Assembly (NCBI GenBank): GCA_964016885.1
Contig: OZ024740.1
Span: 337,776,001-337,840,000, forward strand
From: Eledone cirrhosa
Taxonomy: Eukaryota
Direction of reading: 5' to 3'
Length of the DNA stretch: 64,000 bases
Positions 12,953-27,488 of this stretch are shown piece by piece (within the stretch, counting starts at the first letter, position 1; every line of letters starts with the position of its first letter). The notes below the pieces were generated by a model, which ran no database searches, was not told where the DNA came from, and saw nothing but the letters and a program-made list of their open reading frames with translations. A program made the translations under genes and the position numbers.

Positions 12953-13223
12953 ATATATATGAATGTATGTATAGTATATTTGGCAATATACTGTATGTTT
13001 AATTAAAAACATTTTGAAGACCATTTGCTATGAGTTTTAAAGTAGTGACTATATCAATTACTTATTCTCGGCAAAAACAACAGATCACTCTCTGTTGTTT
13101 TTGCCGAGAATAAGTAAGTGACATAGTCACTACTTTAAAACTCACAGCAAATGGTCTTCAAAATGTTTTTAATTAAACATACAGTATATTGCCAAATATA
13201 CTATACATACATTCATATATATA
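12953..13223. repeat. TA-bounded ~270-bp palindrome
   Basis: Arms run ...cttattctcggcaaaaacaacaga tcactc tctgttgtttttgccgagaataag... out to (TA)n at both ends. Confidence 0.9.
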
Positions 13224-14049
13224 TGTGCACATGGTGTGTGCACATGGGTATGTGTGCATGTATGAATGCACTTGTACTTGTGTGTGCCAGCTTGCACCTG
13301 TATGTGGTATGTGTGTATACTTTATCCACTCTTCTATGCAACTAGTGTACACAATTTACATATTTTACCCACTCATCTATCCATCTACTCATTATTTACT
13401 CTCTAAATTTTATTTTACTTCACTCCATTCCTGTCATCAAAGTATTAATTGATTTATGTATTCATGCATTTCAATGTAAAACCTTTTAAAACCTCTTAGT
13501 TTACCTGTGTGGGCTTGTGTGCATGCAGTAAGCATACATATAAGACACACACTTTATCACAAGTTACCATCCCATATTATCCACTTTATTATCTATTTTA
13601 AAAACCCTTAAATTTTACTTGATCTATTTTATGTTATCCTATTCACTCATCAACTTACTAATTTATTTAACCATTTGCTCATTTACTTTTATATAACCCA
13701 CTTTTTATTTTATTCTTTTCTTATAATCGCTCCTCCAGCTTCTAAGCCCTGTCCAAGTCCTGTATTCCAGTTAATTAATTAACGATATATGCCAAATTAT
13801 AGGTCAATCAAATAAAATTTAAAGGTTGCACACTTTCACATCCTTTTATTTATGACTATATTTTGGATCTAGCCTTTAGTATATTGTCCTTTCTGTTCAC
13901 TTTATTGAATCTAATGTGGAAACCACACGACAGAACACAAATGAAATGAAAATAAGCAGGAGAAATATGTTCTAAATAAACAATAATATTGGGATTAAAT
14001 AGAGAAACATTTTTTATGAATGAAATTTATAACCAGAAATGACTTTTTG

Positions 14050-14700
14050 TAGATCTCTTGACTTACAATGTGTAAGCTTAAGTTGTTCATTGAACAGAAC
14101 TATCTTGATCACATATATGGCTTTAGCTATCCAATGAGTCTAGTAGTAAGCTCCTGGAACTGAGGAGAACTGGAGTGATGGCCAACCACCAAGATAGTAA
14201 TAGAAGAGATTTATGAATTCGGCATAGTCTTCTGAGGAATGCTCTCTAGAAAGTAGTACAGTCAGTAGATATTCAACCATCTCCTCCCTCTTTTGCTTGT
14301 AAAAATCTTCCATGGGCTCATCATCATTCAGGATAGTTTGATAATGAGACTTATCAATGGAGTATCAGCATTCCTGGAACTTTTTGAACATTGGGATACT
14401 GGGAGCAGATGATGAAAAAAAGATCTTGAAGACTTTCTTCAAAACCAGTTCAAGAATATGATGGTGACAAGCCAGCCCCAAGAGGGATTTTTTCAGAGCT
14501 GCTTCAAAATCCGTATTAGCTCCTTGGTGGTTGCAGATGTTAAAGGTGGTAGTGTTGATGGACATAAAAATTATTCTATCCTCAATTTTGAGTCTTTGAA
14601 TTGCCTTCAAAACAACTTCAGTGACTTACCTGGTTCCATCTCTTGCAATTGGAACACAAGAGCTGCTCTTTTCCTTTCCCTGTAACTAAAACTGCAATCT
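14050..14700 (-). pseudogene. Decayed DDE DNA-transposase fragment (superfamily uncertain)
   Basis: MSINTTTFN...GAN...LLGLACHHHILELVL (CxxH motif), then PGAYY*THWIAKAIYVIK. Confidence 0.55.
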
Positions 14701-14977
14701 GATCTTCAGAATATAATAGGAAAAATTATAGAATGAGGAAAAAAAAAATTCCAGACATGTTTTCATCTTATTAGATCTTTTCAGAGAAGCATCTACTTCC
14801 CTATACATGATGAGGTAGTGATGATAGAATCCCTAAATAGACATATAATATTGTACATTGTTTGGAAACATAACTGTTAAGAGAATATAGGTCTCTTGGA
14901 TGATATCAGAATGTAAATATAATAGTTAAGTTAGTCTTAATATATTTAGTGTAAGGAATATGAGAAAGCTACCAAGA

Positions 14978-15255
14978 AATAATTGTTTCTACTTTAGGCA
15001 CAAGGCCAGCAATTACCCAGTACATTACTGGTACTTTATTTTATCGACCCCGTAAGGATGAAAGGCAAGAAATAATTGTTTCTACTTTAGGCACAAGGCC
15101 AGCAATTATCCAGTGCATTACTGGTACTTTATTTTACCGACCCCGTAAGGATGAAAGGCAAAGTGAACCTCGGCGGGATTTGAACTCAGATCGTAAAGGG
15201 ACGTAACTATGCTGGAAAGCATGGCGTCCGACTCTCTACTGATACTGCCAATCCA
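14978..15255 (-). mobile_element. SINE family A, one full copy plus a tandem 3'-half copy
   Basis: aataattgtttctactttaggcacaaggccagcaatta occurs twice, at 14978 and 15071. Confidence 0.9.
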
Positions 15256-15923
15256 AGAAATAATATTAGCTAATAAGAAATATTGTTTTTATTCTTTAGG
15301 CAAGTATATAGACGTTTCAGAGGAAATTGGAATTGCTGTATATGTGTAAGGGAATGTGCTTGTATGTTTGTGTATGTGTTTTTTTGCATGTGTGTGTGAT
15401 GGGAGAAAATTGAGAGTTGGAGATTGTAGGGAATTAAGTAGAATTGAGAGGAGATACATGAGATTGATAGAAAGATAGGGAGAGAAAGAAAGAGAGAGAA
15501 TTAGAGATAGAGAGAGGAGAAAAGAAAAGGAAATGGAGGAGAGAACTATGACATATAAGAAATATTAATGCAGTGTGTATATGAATATGTGTGTGTGAGT
15601 GTGTGTGTGTGTGTGTGTGTGCTGCAAGTATGAATAAAGTAGATAGATAGAGAGAGAGAGAGCGAGAGAGGGGCAGAGTTTGTATATAATAGAAAAAAAT
15701 GACATAGAAATGTTTTACCAGAGACTAAACTCTAATAAATTCTTTCTATCATCCCCCTTACACACACACACGCAGACCCCACTTCTCTCTCTCACACACA
15801 AATTTATTTGTCTTTCTATTTATCTGCCTAATGTTTTGTCTCCCTCTCACTTTCTCTCTGTTTTTCTTTATTACATCTGTCTTTCTGTTGCTCTCTCTCT
15901 CATCCTATCTCTCTCACTCTCTC

Positions 15924-15958
<35 letters not shown>

Positions 15959-15967
15959 GTATATATA

Positions 15968-16026
15968 TATATATATATGTTTCAAGGGCAACCAAGCCTA
16001 TCTTGGCACGCTTTCATCAGATAAAA
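15968..16026 (-). ncRNA. Hammerhead motif in a family P1 mini-element (15975-16250)
   Basis: Minus strand: ttttat CTGATGA aagcgtgccaag-atagg-cttggttgccctt GAAA catata TA; the 3' strand of stem I runs into (TA)n. Confidence 0.65.
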
Positions 16027-16455
16027 TACAAAATTTGTTTTATAAATAGTGACATAACCATGGAAAACAACCTTGACGGTTGAAAATTCGGTGGATAGTA
16101 AAATAAAATAAAATAATTATGGTTTTTATAAATATAGTTTCCATTTATTAATATATTGAATATTTACTCCAGTTATCTGTTGAGTACTCTATATCAGTTA
16201 TAAACTTTTAAGTTTGTTGGAATCCCAACAAATTAAATATAACTTCTACATATATATATATGTATATACTTATTCAGTATGTCTTTCTCTATCTCTCTAT
16301 TCTCTCTATATACTACACAAACCACTATGTATTGCTTCTCTATATGTATATCTCATTTCATCTCTCTCCCTCTCTCTACTTTCTCAGTATGTCTTTATCT
16401 CTCTATATATTACACAAACCACTATCTATTGCTTCTCTATCTCTCATTCCTTTTT

Positions 16456-16496
<41 letters not shown>

Positions 16497-17071
16497 CTAT
16501 ATCCATCTCTCACTCTATCTCTCTTTCTAACCCCCCCCCCCCCGCTCGTTCAGTGTCACACAGCAACTCACATTTTTCCCTATCTGCCACACCACCCTCT
16601 ATTTATTATCTCTCTATCTCTCACTCTGTCTCTCTATTTACCACACAACTCAACATTCACAGAATCTACCAGAATATAAGACAAGAACAAAAACAAAAAA
16701 CAAAGTGAAAACATGAAAGTAAAAACTACTTGGAACCCTAACGCCCCTCCTCTCACCATTCAACCCACCTCCAGTCATGGAAGGTTTATGGGTTTGCAGG
16801 GAAGGGAAGGGAAATTACACAAGAAAATAATATGACAACTTTGAATTCTTCTTTAAAAGCCTATTGGCCCTATCTAAAAACTTAACCATTTCTTCAACCT
16901 TTTTCTCCGCAAGATTCAGCTTTTGTTTGGGACTTATGAAATCCCTAAATCCTTAAATATGTTTCAAAGTAAAAATAATCCCCCACCCCTGCCAAAATAA
17001 AACAAACATGACAACAACATTTTTGTCTATTTCTCCTTTGTTTCTATTTTGTTTTGTATTATATTTCCTCA

Positions 17072-17072
17072 G

Positions 17073-17117
<45 letters not shown>

Positions 17118-17512
17118 ATGTATGCATACATGTATGTATGCATGTCTATGTGTGTATTTATGTATGCATATATATACATATATATATATGCATATATATA
17201 TAGACATTTATACATATATATATACACATATATACACATATAAATATACATACACATATATAAATATATATACATTTATATATATATATACACATATATA
17301 CATATATATACATTTATATATATATATACACATATATACACATATACATATATATACATTTATATATATATACACATATATACATATATATATATATATA
17401 CTACTAACACATATATATCCTAGAAACGATCGTAAAATAATGAATTTTTTTAATATAAGGAACTGTTTCTTTGTTTATTCATTATTTTTTAATAATTTAT
17501 ATATATATATAT

Positions 17513-17557
<45 letters not shown>

Positions 17558-17744
17558 CACATATATACATATATATATACACATATATACATACACATAT
17601 ATACATATATATACATTTATATATATATATACTCATATATACATATATATACACATATATATACAGATATATACATATCATCATCATCATATATGCACAT
17701 ATATATATATTCACATATATATATACATATATATATATATTCAC

Positions 17745-17782
<38 letters not shown>

Positions 17783-17976
17783 ATATATATGTATATATTT
17801 GTATATATATGTATATATGTATGTATATATATATGTATATATGTATATACATATATATATATGTATATATATATGTGTATATATATATATGTATATGTAT
17901 ATATATATATATGTATATGTATATACATATATATATATATACATATATATATACATATACACATATATACATATAC

Positions 17977-18011
<35 letters not shown>

Positions 18012-18045
18012 CAAATATACACACACACACACATATATATATATG
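17072..18045. repeat. Large compound (TA)n/(CA)n microsatellite
   Basis: Directly visible; explains the Y/I/H/T-rich ORFs. Confidence 0.97.
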
Positions 18046-18944
18046 TTATTATTTTAGTTATGAAAGATTTTGTTGTCTCAGATGAAATAAATTTGACCTT
18101 TACTTATTGGTTAAAATGTCACATTCTCAACCTGTCAAAACTGATTCAAGTTCTTCTTCATTAAAAACACTTTCACAATCGATTTTCTGATGTCACTATC
18201 TTATATGAAAGTAAAGGCTTACGACTTCATTTTTTAAAGCTTTTCTCTTATTTTTTAAATAATTTTTTTACCTCCACTTTTATTTCTTCATGCGTTTATC
18301 TTTTATTTTGCTGGTATGTACTGAAATTATGACATAGATAGATATAAGCCCTTGGATTTATAGTATGTTTTATTGAAGATGGGATTGTGGTAGACATTTT
18401 GTTTTTGTTGTTACAGCTTACTTTTGTGTGGGTTTAGCAAGCTTCTTATATGGTGGAATCCCATATAATGTTTCTTGGGTGTTTTAATGATAGGGACTTC
18501 AGCCTTATCACGTCACCATTTTTGTATAGTGATAGGAGGTGAGGTTTGAACCTGGAATGCATAAAGCCACAACAGATTCTGAAAGACATCTTATTTGACA
18601 TTCTAACAATTCCACCAATCTACTGCTCAGATTAGTACTTTATTTATCGTCCCTAAATGAATGAAAGGCAAAGTTGACATTAGCAGGATTTGATGTTTAG
18701 AGAGCCATTACAAATACCACAAGGAATATTTTACTATTTTATAAATTTTCACCAATAGAGAGGGAGCCAGTTTCTAACATAGAAACAAGATTTTTCATTA
18801 TTGCCATCATTATCATTTAATACCTGTCTTCCCTTCTAGCCAGAGTCAGTACTGAAACAGAGTTACTGACCTCTTAGATGGGTCAGGGGCCTGTATCTTG
18901 CTTACATACATTACTATGTTCTACCAAGTATTTGGCCAAGCCTG

Positions 18945-19860
18945 ACTATTCAAGTTTCATTCCACATTGCTCAATGTATCTGTTCTTTTATAGCTATCAT
19001 TGTGGTCTTGCTCTCTTCCCTGTTAATAGAAGTACTAGACTTTGCAAGAAGTTTACCACAATCAGTGAACAACAAATGAATCTTATACATCACTCAAGAA
19101 AGTCCTCTCTATTCCATGATGACTTGCATTGGATAAGGAAACAAAATGATGACCCCTTTGAGATGATCAAAAGATCCTATTGCAGAGCAAAGATATAGGA
19201 ACTAGTAAGGTTTTATACACTAGATGAAATAAGTAATATATTCAATCATCCAATATAGTTGTTTACAAGGATGGTAGTTTTTCCAACTTCCAAAACATGG
19301 ATGGACAAAAATTGGACATATTTAGAAAAGACCTGGGATACTTCTTTAAAATGTTTGCTCTCAAAATAACCAAATGAACAAACCTATTCATAGTAAATTA
19401 TCTGGATATAACACTAAACCTGACTACAAGAAAATATTACCATTAGAGAAAACCTAATGAGGTTTCTCTAAATATAAGAATCAATCCCAGCCATCCACAA
19501 CCAACAAAGATAGCAGCCTGCAACAGTCAGCTGAAAATTTCATAGGCTGACTATAAAGGAGTGATGCTATAGCTGTGAAATATTGCATGCATTAATTTTG
19601 ACTCTTTCTTAATAACCGCATTCTTTCTTTTCAGGTACTATGTTGAAAAATAAACCTCATTTGGTTATTCGATGAGAGTGTCTGGGTCAGCCTATGAACT
19701 TTCCAGCTAACCTACATAAGTCAGACAATCTCTACAATATTATCTGGCAAAACGTATTTGACAAAGGAGCATATCTAAAAGTGAGCATATCTAACGAATT
19801 AAAATACACACCTAAGCTAATACAAAGGAAAAAAAAACAAAGAAACCCAGAAAGAGAAAA
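18945..19860 (+). pseudogene. Decayed Naiad-type PLE reverse transcriptase/thumb, interrupted by a MITE
   Basis: HSRKSSLFHDDLHWIRK, FEMIKRSYCRAKI*ELV, VNYLDITLNLTTRKYYH*RKPNE...PSHP resemble Naiad RT motifs. Confidence 0.6.
19525..19713. mobile_element. Tc1/mariner-type MITE
   Basis: Terminal inverted repeats agctgaaaatttcataggctgac / gtcagcctatgaactttccagct. Confidence 0.7.
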
Positions 19861-20177
19861 GCAGCTGACTCAACTTTAGTTTAAATGTGAAGGTGATGTA
19901 AACAGAATGTAAGACTTCCATGTGTGTAAATTATATTGGCAGTTGAATCAGTGGAAGAGGCTAGAAAAGTGAAATTGTCACCTATTGTAAATTTAAATGT
20001 ACAGCATTCATAAAAGGAATTTCATTATTCAAGTCAATGTAACTGTATTGAAATAAAGATAATTTGTTATTGCTAAAAGTAATATGTGTGTGTGGCATAG
20101 TTAAAATAGAATGAAATAAACGATGGAGTATAAAAATATTGAATAGAGATGAATAGATTAAGGTTATCATAGATAAA

Positions 20178-20372
20178 TAATAATTGTTTCTACCTTTGGC
20201 ACAAGGCCAGCAATTACCCAGTACATTACTGGTACTTTATTTTATCGACCCCGTAAGGATGAAAGGCAAAATTGACCTCAGCGGGATTTGAACTCAGAAT
20301 GGAAAGGGCCGTAATTCTATGCATCAAAGCATGACGTCCGACCCTCTACTGATACTGCCAATCCACCGCCCT
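20178..20372 (-). mobile_element. Full-length SINE family A
   Basis: Reverse complement of the consensus, flanked by repeated tcatagataaat. Confidence 0.9.
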
Positions 20373-21335
20373 TCATAGATAAATTATTATTTATCATAGA
20401 TAAATAATTATTATTATTTAAATAATTATTATTTATCATAGATAAATAATAATGGTAGAAAAAAATATGAGATAGAAACAATACAGGAGAGAGGTTTGGT
20501 CAGAAAGTGTGTATGTAGGGGGGAAAGGGGCGTTTGAAATGCCATTAGTTATTTTAATGGTTTAAAAAAAGGTAAAATAAGAAATGATAAAGCTAAGTCA
20601 CTGAATATCTAAACTTTCAGAAAATTCCTGTGGTAATTGGTAATGGATAAGTATAAAACTTATAAAGTATAAAACTTATAAAGCAAAATTCTAGAAATAT
20701 CAATTAGCTATAGAAAAACTTTATTTAAAATAATGTAATTTTTGTTATGTAGATGAACAAATAAAATTGATATTAAAGCTCCTATTTAATGTGAAAACAA
20801 GTTAGATTGAATTTAAAGAGTAATGGTATAAAGGTACTCAGAATACAGGGAATTGGATTAGAAGAGAAATAAATGCTTTTTTTTTCAAGGAGATCTAACA
20901 CACACACATATATATGATATTAATTAAAGGTTAATTAGTCTCTTATACTTAAACATCTCAATGAGAGAAATCTCTCAGAGAAGCAATATTATATATCAAA
21001 TTAAGTGAGAAAAAACACTAATTCTGGGAGTATAATCAAGATAGACAAAAAAGAGTATTTTATCTAAACTCACTTATATATAGATTTCCCTACCATGGTT
21101 TCATATGGGGAAGAATTCTTATTGGAACCACCAATAATTGAAGAATCTGCCATACCTTTTAGGAGAGTTTAATTCTTCAAGAGCTAAGAGAAACTGAACA
21201 AGATATAATATTGTTTCATTTGCCAAGGCAGCATGCTGGAATAAAAATACGCATAGTGTTTGTTATCAAAATCTCCTAGCATATTAGGACTACCTGACAG
21301 GCTTATAATGTCGCTAGAAATAGTAACCAAAAGAC

Positions 21336-21390
<55 letters not shown>

Positions 21391-21392
<2 letters not shown>

Positions 21393-21733
21393 AGGCACAT
21401 GGCTTAGTGGTTAGAGCATTGGCCTTGCAATCGAAAGGTTGTGAGTTCAATTCTCAGACCGGGTGGTGTGTTGTTTCCTTGAGCAAGACACTTTATTTCA
21501 AATTGCTCCAGTTTACTCAGCTGTAGAAATGAGATGATAGGGACTGAGGTCCCTATCATTCCACTGCAAAGTGGTCGTGTAGGTGCCACGGCAAAAAAGC
21601 ACCCAGCACTCACTGTAAATGAGGTTGGTGTTAGGAAGGGCATCCAGCTGTAGAAATCAAGCCAGAATCAGTTCCCGTCCCACCCTTGCAAGCAGGGAAA
21701 AGCGGACGTAAAATGAAATGATGATGATGATGA

Positions 21734-21737
<4 letters not shown>
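21391..21737 (+). mobile_element. Full-length SINE family B (tRNA-derived head, (GAT)n tail) inserted in (TA)n
   Basis: A box tggcttagtgg and B box gttcaattc; near-identical to 27138-27488 and to the reverse complement of 30557-30901. Confidence 0.9.
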
Positions 21738-21771
<34 letters not shown>

Positions 21772-21774
<3 letters not shown>

Positions 21775-22340
21775 ACCTTCATAGCTATGCTAGAATTAGC
21801 AGAGAAATTCCAAACCCAGAAGCATGGCCTAGAATCAAAAGGTCTTAAAGTTATCTTGTCAAAGGCTAAAGTCCTAGTATGTAGAAAGGAAAATAGGACT
21901 CAGATTCCCCCAGGGAAATAGCCTTGCTTAGTGTACAGGAAAGGAGTAGGTAGAAATAACATTCTATGTCCCAAATGCAAGCTATGGGTACATAAAAGAT
22001 CTAGTTGGATCACAGGGAGACTGTCAAAATTGTAGGTTTTATATGCACCTGATGCACAGGTGTAGTAAGTAGCGAGTGCCCACAGGATACTAGCTCCTTC
22101 AAATGCCTAGACAGTTCTGTAGAAATAGTCAACAGTTTATGTTACCTGGGGGACCAAATCAGCAGTGGAAGGTGTTCTGAAAGTACAGTAGCCATAGTAA
22201 GAACGGGATGGAGAAAGTTCAGGGAGTTACTACCCCTGCTAGCTTCAAAAGGTTTTTCCCTTAAAATGAAGGGCAGATTGTACGATGCTTGTATACAAAC
22301 AGCAATGTTACGTGGTAGTGAAACCAGGGCACTGGGATGA
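21772..22340 (+). pseudogene. RTE-clade LINE fragment (RT end with Cys-rich insertion)
   Basis: GLKVILSKAKVL...CPKCKLWVHKR...CYLGDQIS...VRTGWRKFRELLPLLASKGFSLKMKGRLYDACIQTAMLRGSET, with stops. Confidence 0.75.
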
Positions 22341-23632
22341 GGTGATAAAAGCTGACCTTGCACAATTGTAGCTCTCAAAGAATACGACATAGGATCGAGA
22401 TATTTGGCATTTTGCTGTAATACAGAAAACCTGCCTTCCCATGCACATGGACTGAAACAAACATCTAGTAGGTACCTCTTAACCACTATACCCCCTTCCA
22501 TACATCACCAATGCCTCAACACCCATCCACTTCTGTTCACATCACTCTTTCACTATGAAGTTGTAGTATTGGTATCACAACAACAAGCATCCAGTCTACA
22601 CTGTAAAGTGATCATGTAGGTGTCACAACAAAAAGCACCCAGCCCACACTGTAAAGTAATCATGTAAGAGTCATGACAAAAAGATCACAGCTCACACTGT
22701 AAAGTGGTTGGTGTTAGGAAAGGCATTCAGTGATAGACACCAAGCCTGAAACAGAAATCAAGCAAGACATGGTCACCCAACTTGCCTCAAATGTGACAAA
22801 CCCATCTAACCCATGCTAGTGTGGAAAATGGATATTAAATGATGGTGATAAGGAGGATAATGATGATGTATATATATATATACAAATGAATCTTTATGTG
22901 TGGACGAGATGGTAATAATGGTATGTGTATATACTGTGAATATGTGTGCATTCAAGCAAGTTTTCCTGTATATGAACATGCAGAAATATATGATTTGACA
23001 GTCCAGTTGATATGTGCATTTGGTTAGGAAGTGAGCTGGAAAGTGGTGAATGTATGTTGTTGATGTAACAACCCATGTAGCTTGTCCTGTTGGTCCTATG
23101 GATGACATTAAGTGTAGAAAGATCTGTAATTCAAGTAGCCACATACGTCAATGTTTGACAGAGCTGTTTGGCTGCTGAGCTGCGTCACTTTGACAGCTAT
23201 GTTTCCTAGCTGTGTGACTGTCTCTGCCATGATGACTAACCAAAAATTATCTATAAGCTAACTTTCTGCTTTGCTCTTGTTGGCTGAACTTAATAACTTA
23301 TATTTACAAATCATCATTTGTTCTATTTGTCTCCTAGATATTGTAGTTGTTTGTTTTGCCATTTCCAAAAGCATGGTACTTAGATCCTTGGTTTAGAGTG
23401 ATGATCATAGTATTAGTTATGAACAACCTTTACATTACAATAACACATTGAAGAAGCTGTTTAGTTTCTGCCTAAATAACACTATCATCATCATCATCAT
23501 CATCATCATCATCGTTTAACGTCCATATTCCACGCTCACATGGGTTTGGACGGGCGTGGAATAATGGACGTTAAACGAATTTCATTCTGGAGTTGAACAC
23601 ATGATGCAAAGGATTAATCTCATTATGCATTA

Positions 23633-23673
<41 letters not shown>

Positions 23674-23689
23674 TGGTGCCACACCATCC

Positions 23690-23959
23690 AGGCCGAAACA
23701 AATGAGATCGTGTAGGTGTCACGACAAAAAAACACACAGTCCACGCTGTAATGTGGCCGTGTAGGCAACACGGTAAAAACCTCCCAGACCCACACTGTAA
23801 ATGTGGTTGGTGTTAGGAAGGGCATCCAACTGTAGAAAACCTGCCAGACAGTCCTATGCGAGCAAGACAACCACTCTTGCCTCAAGTGGGACTACCCCCG
23901 TCCAAACCCATGTAAGCGTGGAACACGGACGTTAAACGTTGATGATGATGATGATGATG

Positions 23960-23960
<1 letters not shown>
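23690..23960 (+). mobile_element. SINE family B-related element with (GAT)n tail
   Basis: Matches the reverse complement of 7345-7566. Confidence 0.8.
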
Positions 23961-24004
<44 letters not shown>

Positions 24005-24010
24005 TGTATG

Positions 24011-24045
<35 letters not shown>

Positions 24046-25320
24046 GTCTGTATATATATATGTGTATATATATATATATGTGTGTATATATATATGTGTG
24101 TATATATATGTGTCTATATATATATGTGTATATATATGTGTGTGTATATATATGTGTGTGCGTGTGTATATATATATATATAACTTGGAAGGCACCTGAT
24201 ATTGTGCCTATTTAACATCTAAATTGTAGCCATTTACTGGATTGTACGCTGAATTCCATGCATTAAATCAGTAATTTTATAATGAATTGGAAATTTAATA
24301 ATTAACAGTTATTGTTGTAGTTTGACAAGGTCCCTCCTACTGCGTACCTAAACACCACATCTCATGTTATATCATCTGTGTCATCATCATCATCGTTTTA
24401 TGTCTGCTTTTCCACATACATATATACACACACACTCATTAAGCCTTTAGTTACCAATTGGCCAAAACCGACACTGGTTCTATGAAATATAACCTCTCAT
24501 TTTAAATGTTTCCAATTGAAATTGAAATCTTCAACCATAATTTTATATATGAACATTACATTAATTTACTATCTTAGTAATGAAATAATTAATAGTTTTA
24601 GTAAATCCCTTGAAATTCTTCATTAATTAATTAAAATAGAGTGTATTTCATTAGAAATGTCATCATGAATGGGTTAAGGTGGGATTGCAATTGTAATATC
24701 AGTTTGAAGAACTGTTCTGTTAATAAGATAAAATCGAGACAATATCACAATAAAAAATGGACAAGAAAATTTATGGGTGTCTTTTGATAAAAACAGAAAT
24801 AAGTGAACAAGTAAATATTGGAAAAATAGAAAAATTTAGACTTTCGTCAAAGGAATGTAGTTGATTAGTGGAACCTAAGAAAAATGGTTCTGTTACCAAA
24901 TATAAGGAATGAAAGAATGAGCAGAAGAAGAAGGGAATGAAAGATGAGCAGAAGAAGAAGGGAAGGAAGAGGATGAGAAAAGCAAGGAGAGAATGAAAGA
25001 GAGTAAAGGAGAGAGAGAGGGAGGTATAGCTAATTGGTCAATAGGTTTATTTTGCAGCCACAATGTCCCAGGTCCAATCCATCTCCATAACATCCTGGGC
25101 AATTGTCTTTATTACAGTCTGGGGTAACCCCAAGCCATATGAATTAAATTGGGTGGACAGAAACTGTGTGGAAAACCATCAGATATATTGTACCAGTAAT
25201 TCAAATGTCCTGTCTTGTCACATAATGTATCATACTCAACCACTTATACATTAATTCATGAACTAGATATCCATCTGATAAACAAGGGAATGTTCATTGT
25301 TGAAACCAATGCAAGACCAC

Positions 25321-25372
<52 letters not shown>

Positions 25373-25627
25373 TATATATTATATATATATATAAATGTAC
25401 GTAATGTTGATATATGTCATCGTCATCATCATCATCACCATCATCATCATCTGATATCATCATCATTTTGTGTTGACTTTTCCATGCTTGCATGGGACTT
25501 TTTGAGGCAAAGTTTTACAGCTGGATGCCCTTTGTAACCAACCCTTTTAGTCACTCCTTACGACATGCAGGCATGTGCTGTATTACTTAATTGAAACAAA
25601 ATACACATGTTGTATATATAAATATGC

Positions 25628-25663
<36 letters not shown>

Positions 25664-26023
25664 ATCAGAGAGGGAAAGAGAGAAAGGGAAGGGAAAGGAG
25701 AGAGAAAAAGAAAGGGATAGAGAGGGAGAAAGGTATTTTGATATAAACTGCGATAGATCTTTTCAAACAAAATCTAAAGAATATGTGGTTTAGCTCATCT
25801 GTGGAATATTTTGATGTGGAGCCCAGAAGGAAAGAATGGAAAAAAGAAAAGACCAGATTTAATTCCTAATAAAAAGTTATTTCTCCCATTATATTCAAGT
25901 TCCAGTGACTTTTATTTAACAAAAAAAAAAAAAGAACAAGACAGTAGAAAAGAAAGTGATGGAGGAGGAGGTGGAGAAGAAGAAGCAGCAGCAGCAGCAG
26001 CAGCAGCAGAAGAAAGGGTTTAA

Positions 26024-26064
<41 letters not shown>

Positions 26065-26386
26065 GAAGAAGAAGTAGAGGGAAGGAGAGGAGGTGGGTTT
26101 AAATTAATAAAAAGCTATATATACTGTTGAGATAGAAAAACAACTTTAAAAAGTTGTGGAATGGAAGAATGTGTGAGTTAGTGGAATCACTGATATTTTA
26201 AAATAAAATAGAAGCTAGACAGTGTAAGAAAGAGAGGGGGGGGGGGGAGAAAGGAGAAAGAAATGAAGGAATACTTTTGTCTTTTTACACTGCCTCTTTG
26301 ATGTAAAAATAAACATTTAACATAAAATACCTTCTTGAATATACAATGTAATTTCGTTGGTGCTATATCCAACAAGGCTACATTGT

Positions 26387-26420
26387 ATACTAGCTGCATT
26401 ACCTGGTGTTGCTCAGGTTC
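26387..26420 (-). mobile_element. Helitron-like 3' terminus (hairpin + CTAG)
   Basis: Minus strand: cctgagcaacaccagg taatgcag CTAG t. Confidence 0.45.
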
Positions 26421-27137
26421 TGAATATGTAAAAAGCTCTTCCTTATATTAAACCTAAATGACTTAATAGTTTTTTTATGATGTTCTTTATACACACACAG
26501 TTAGATATACAGGCATATACATGCACACACACATTCATTCATTCATTCATACACACATACATGATATGATGATGATGGCTGCAACTTGATTTGAAGTAAT
26601 ACCATTGCTTGATACTTAAGCATGAGCATCACTGATGTGTTTTTTTAGTTAAGCTAGGGACTTGCCTATGGCCAGCAATGCCATGCATTGTAAAAAATGT
26701 CACATATAAAGCGATGTCTGTGCTAGAAGCTTTTTCAAGTAAGGAAAGGCTTTGCACGGAGCCAATCCTACTCTCTGAACATCGAAAGCATTTACCCCAA
26801 AAGAAGAACTGGTCTACATCGTTGGATGCAAACAATGTCGTAGGTTTTATATCAGAGTGACCTTCTCTTAGAAATATGTCTTAATGAAGATTAGGAGTCT
26901 CTCACTCCACAAAAAAACAAAACAAAAAAGAACATACATATATACATACATACAGTCAGCTGGGCATTGGAGGATGAACATCAAAATCTGCCCAGTACAT
27001 ATCACACATTGAACAAAAGATTACACAGTAGTTGTCTGATGAGGTCATATCTATTACCAACAATAAAGTAATTAATAAAATGATGTAACACACCAACTTT
27101 ATTATTATTATTGTTATTATTATTATTGTTATTATAT

Positions 27138-27488
27138 GGAAGCACATGGCTTAGTGGTTAGAGCATTGGCCTTGCAATCAAAAGGTTGTGAGTTCAATTC
27201 TCAGACCGGGTGATGTGTTGTTTCCTTGAGCAAGACACTTTATTTCACATTGTTCCAGTTTACTCAGCTGTAGAAATGAGATGATAGGGACTGGGGTCCC
27301 TATCATTCCACTGCAAAGTGGTCGTGGAGGTGCCACGGCAAAAAAAGCACCCAGCACTCACTGTAAATGAGGTTGGTGTTAGGAAGGGCATCCAGCTGTA
27401 GAAATCAAGCCAGAATCAGTTCCCGTCCCACCCTTGCAAGCAGGGAAAAAGCGGACGTAAAATGAAATGATGATGATGATGATGATGA
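27138..27488 (+). mobile_element. Full-length SINE family B
   Basis: Near-identical to 21391-21737. Confidence 0.9.

Noticed and set aside
14750-14850. Two hammerhead-like strings (CTGAAAA...GAAA; CATGATGA...TAAA)
   Set aside because: Core substitutions and poor stem I.
17008-18164. 349-aa ORF and overlapping ORFs
   Set aside because: Compound TA/CA microsatellite.
21391-21462. tRNA-like sequence with A and B boxes
   Set aside because: SINE head: no acceptor-stem pairing, and it is followed by a body repeated three times in the window.
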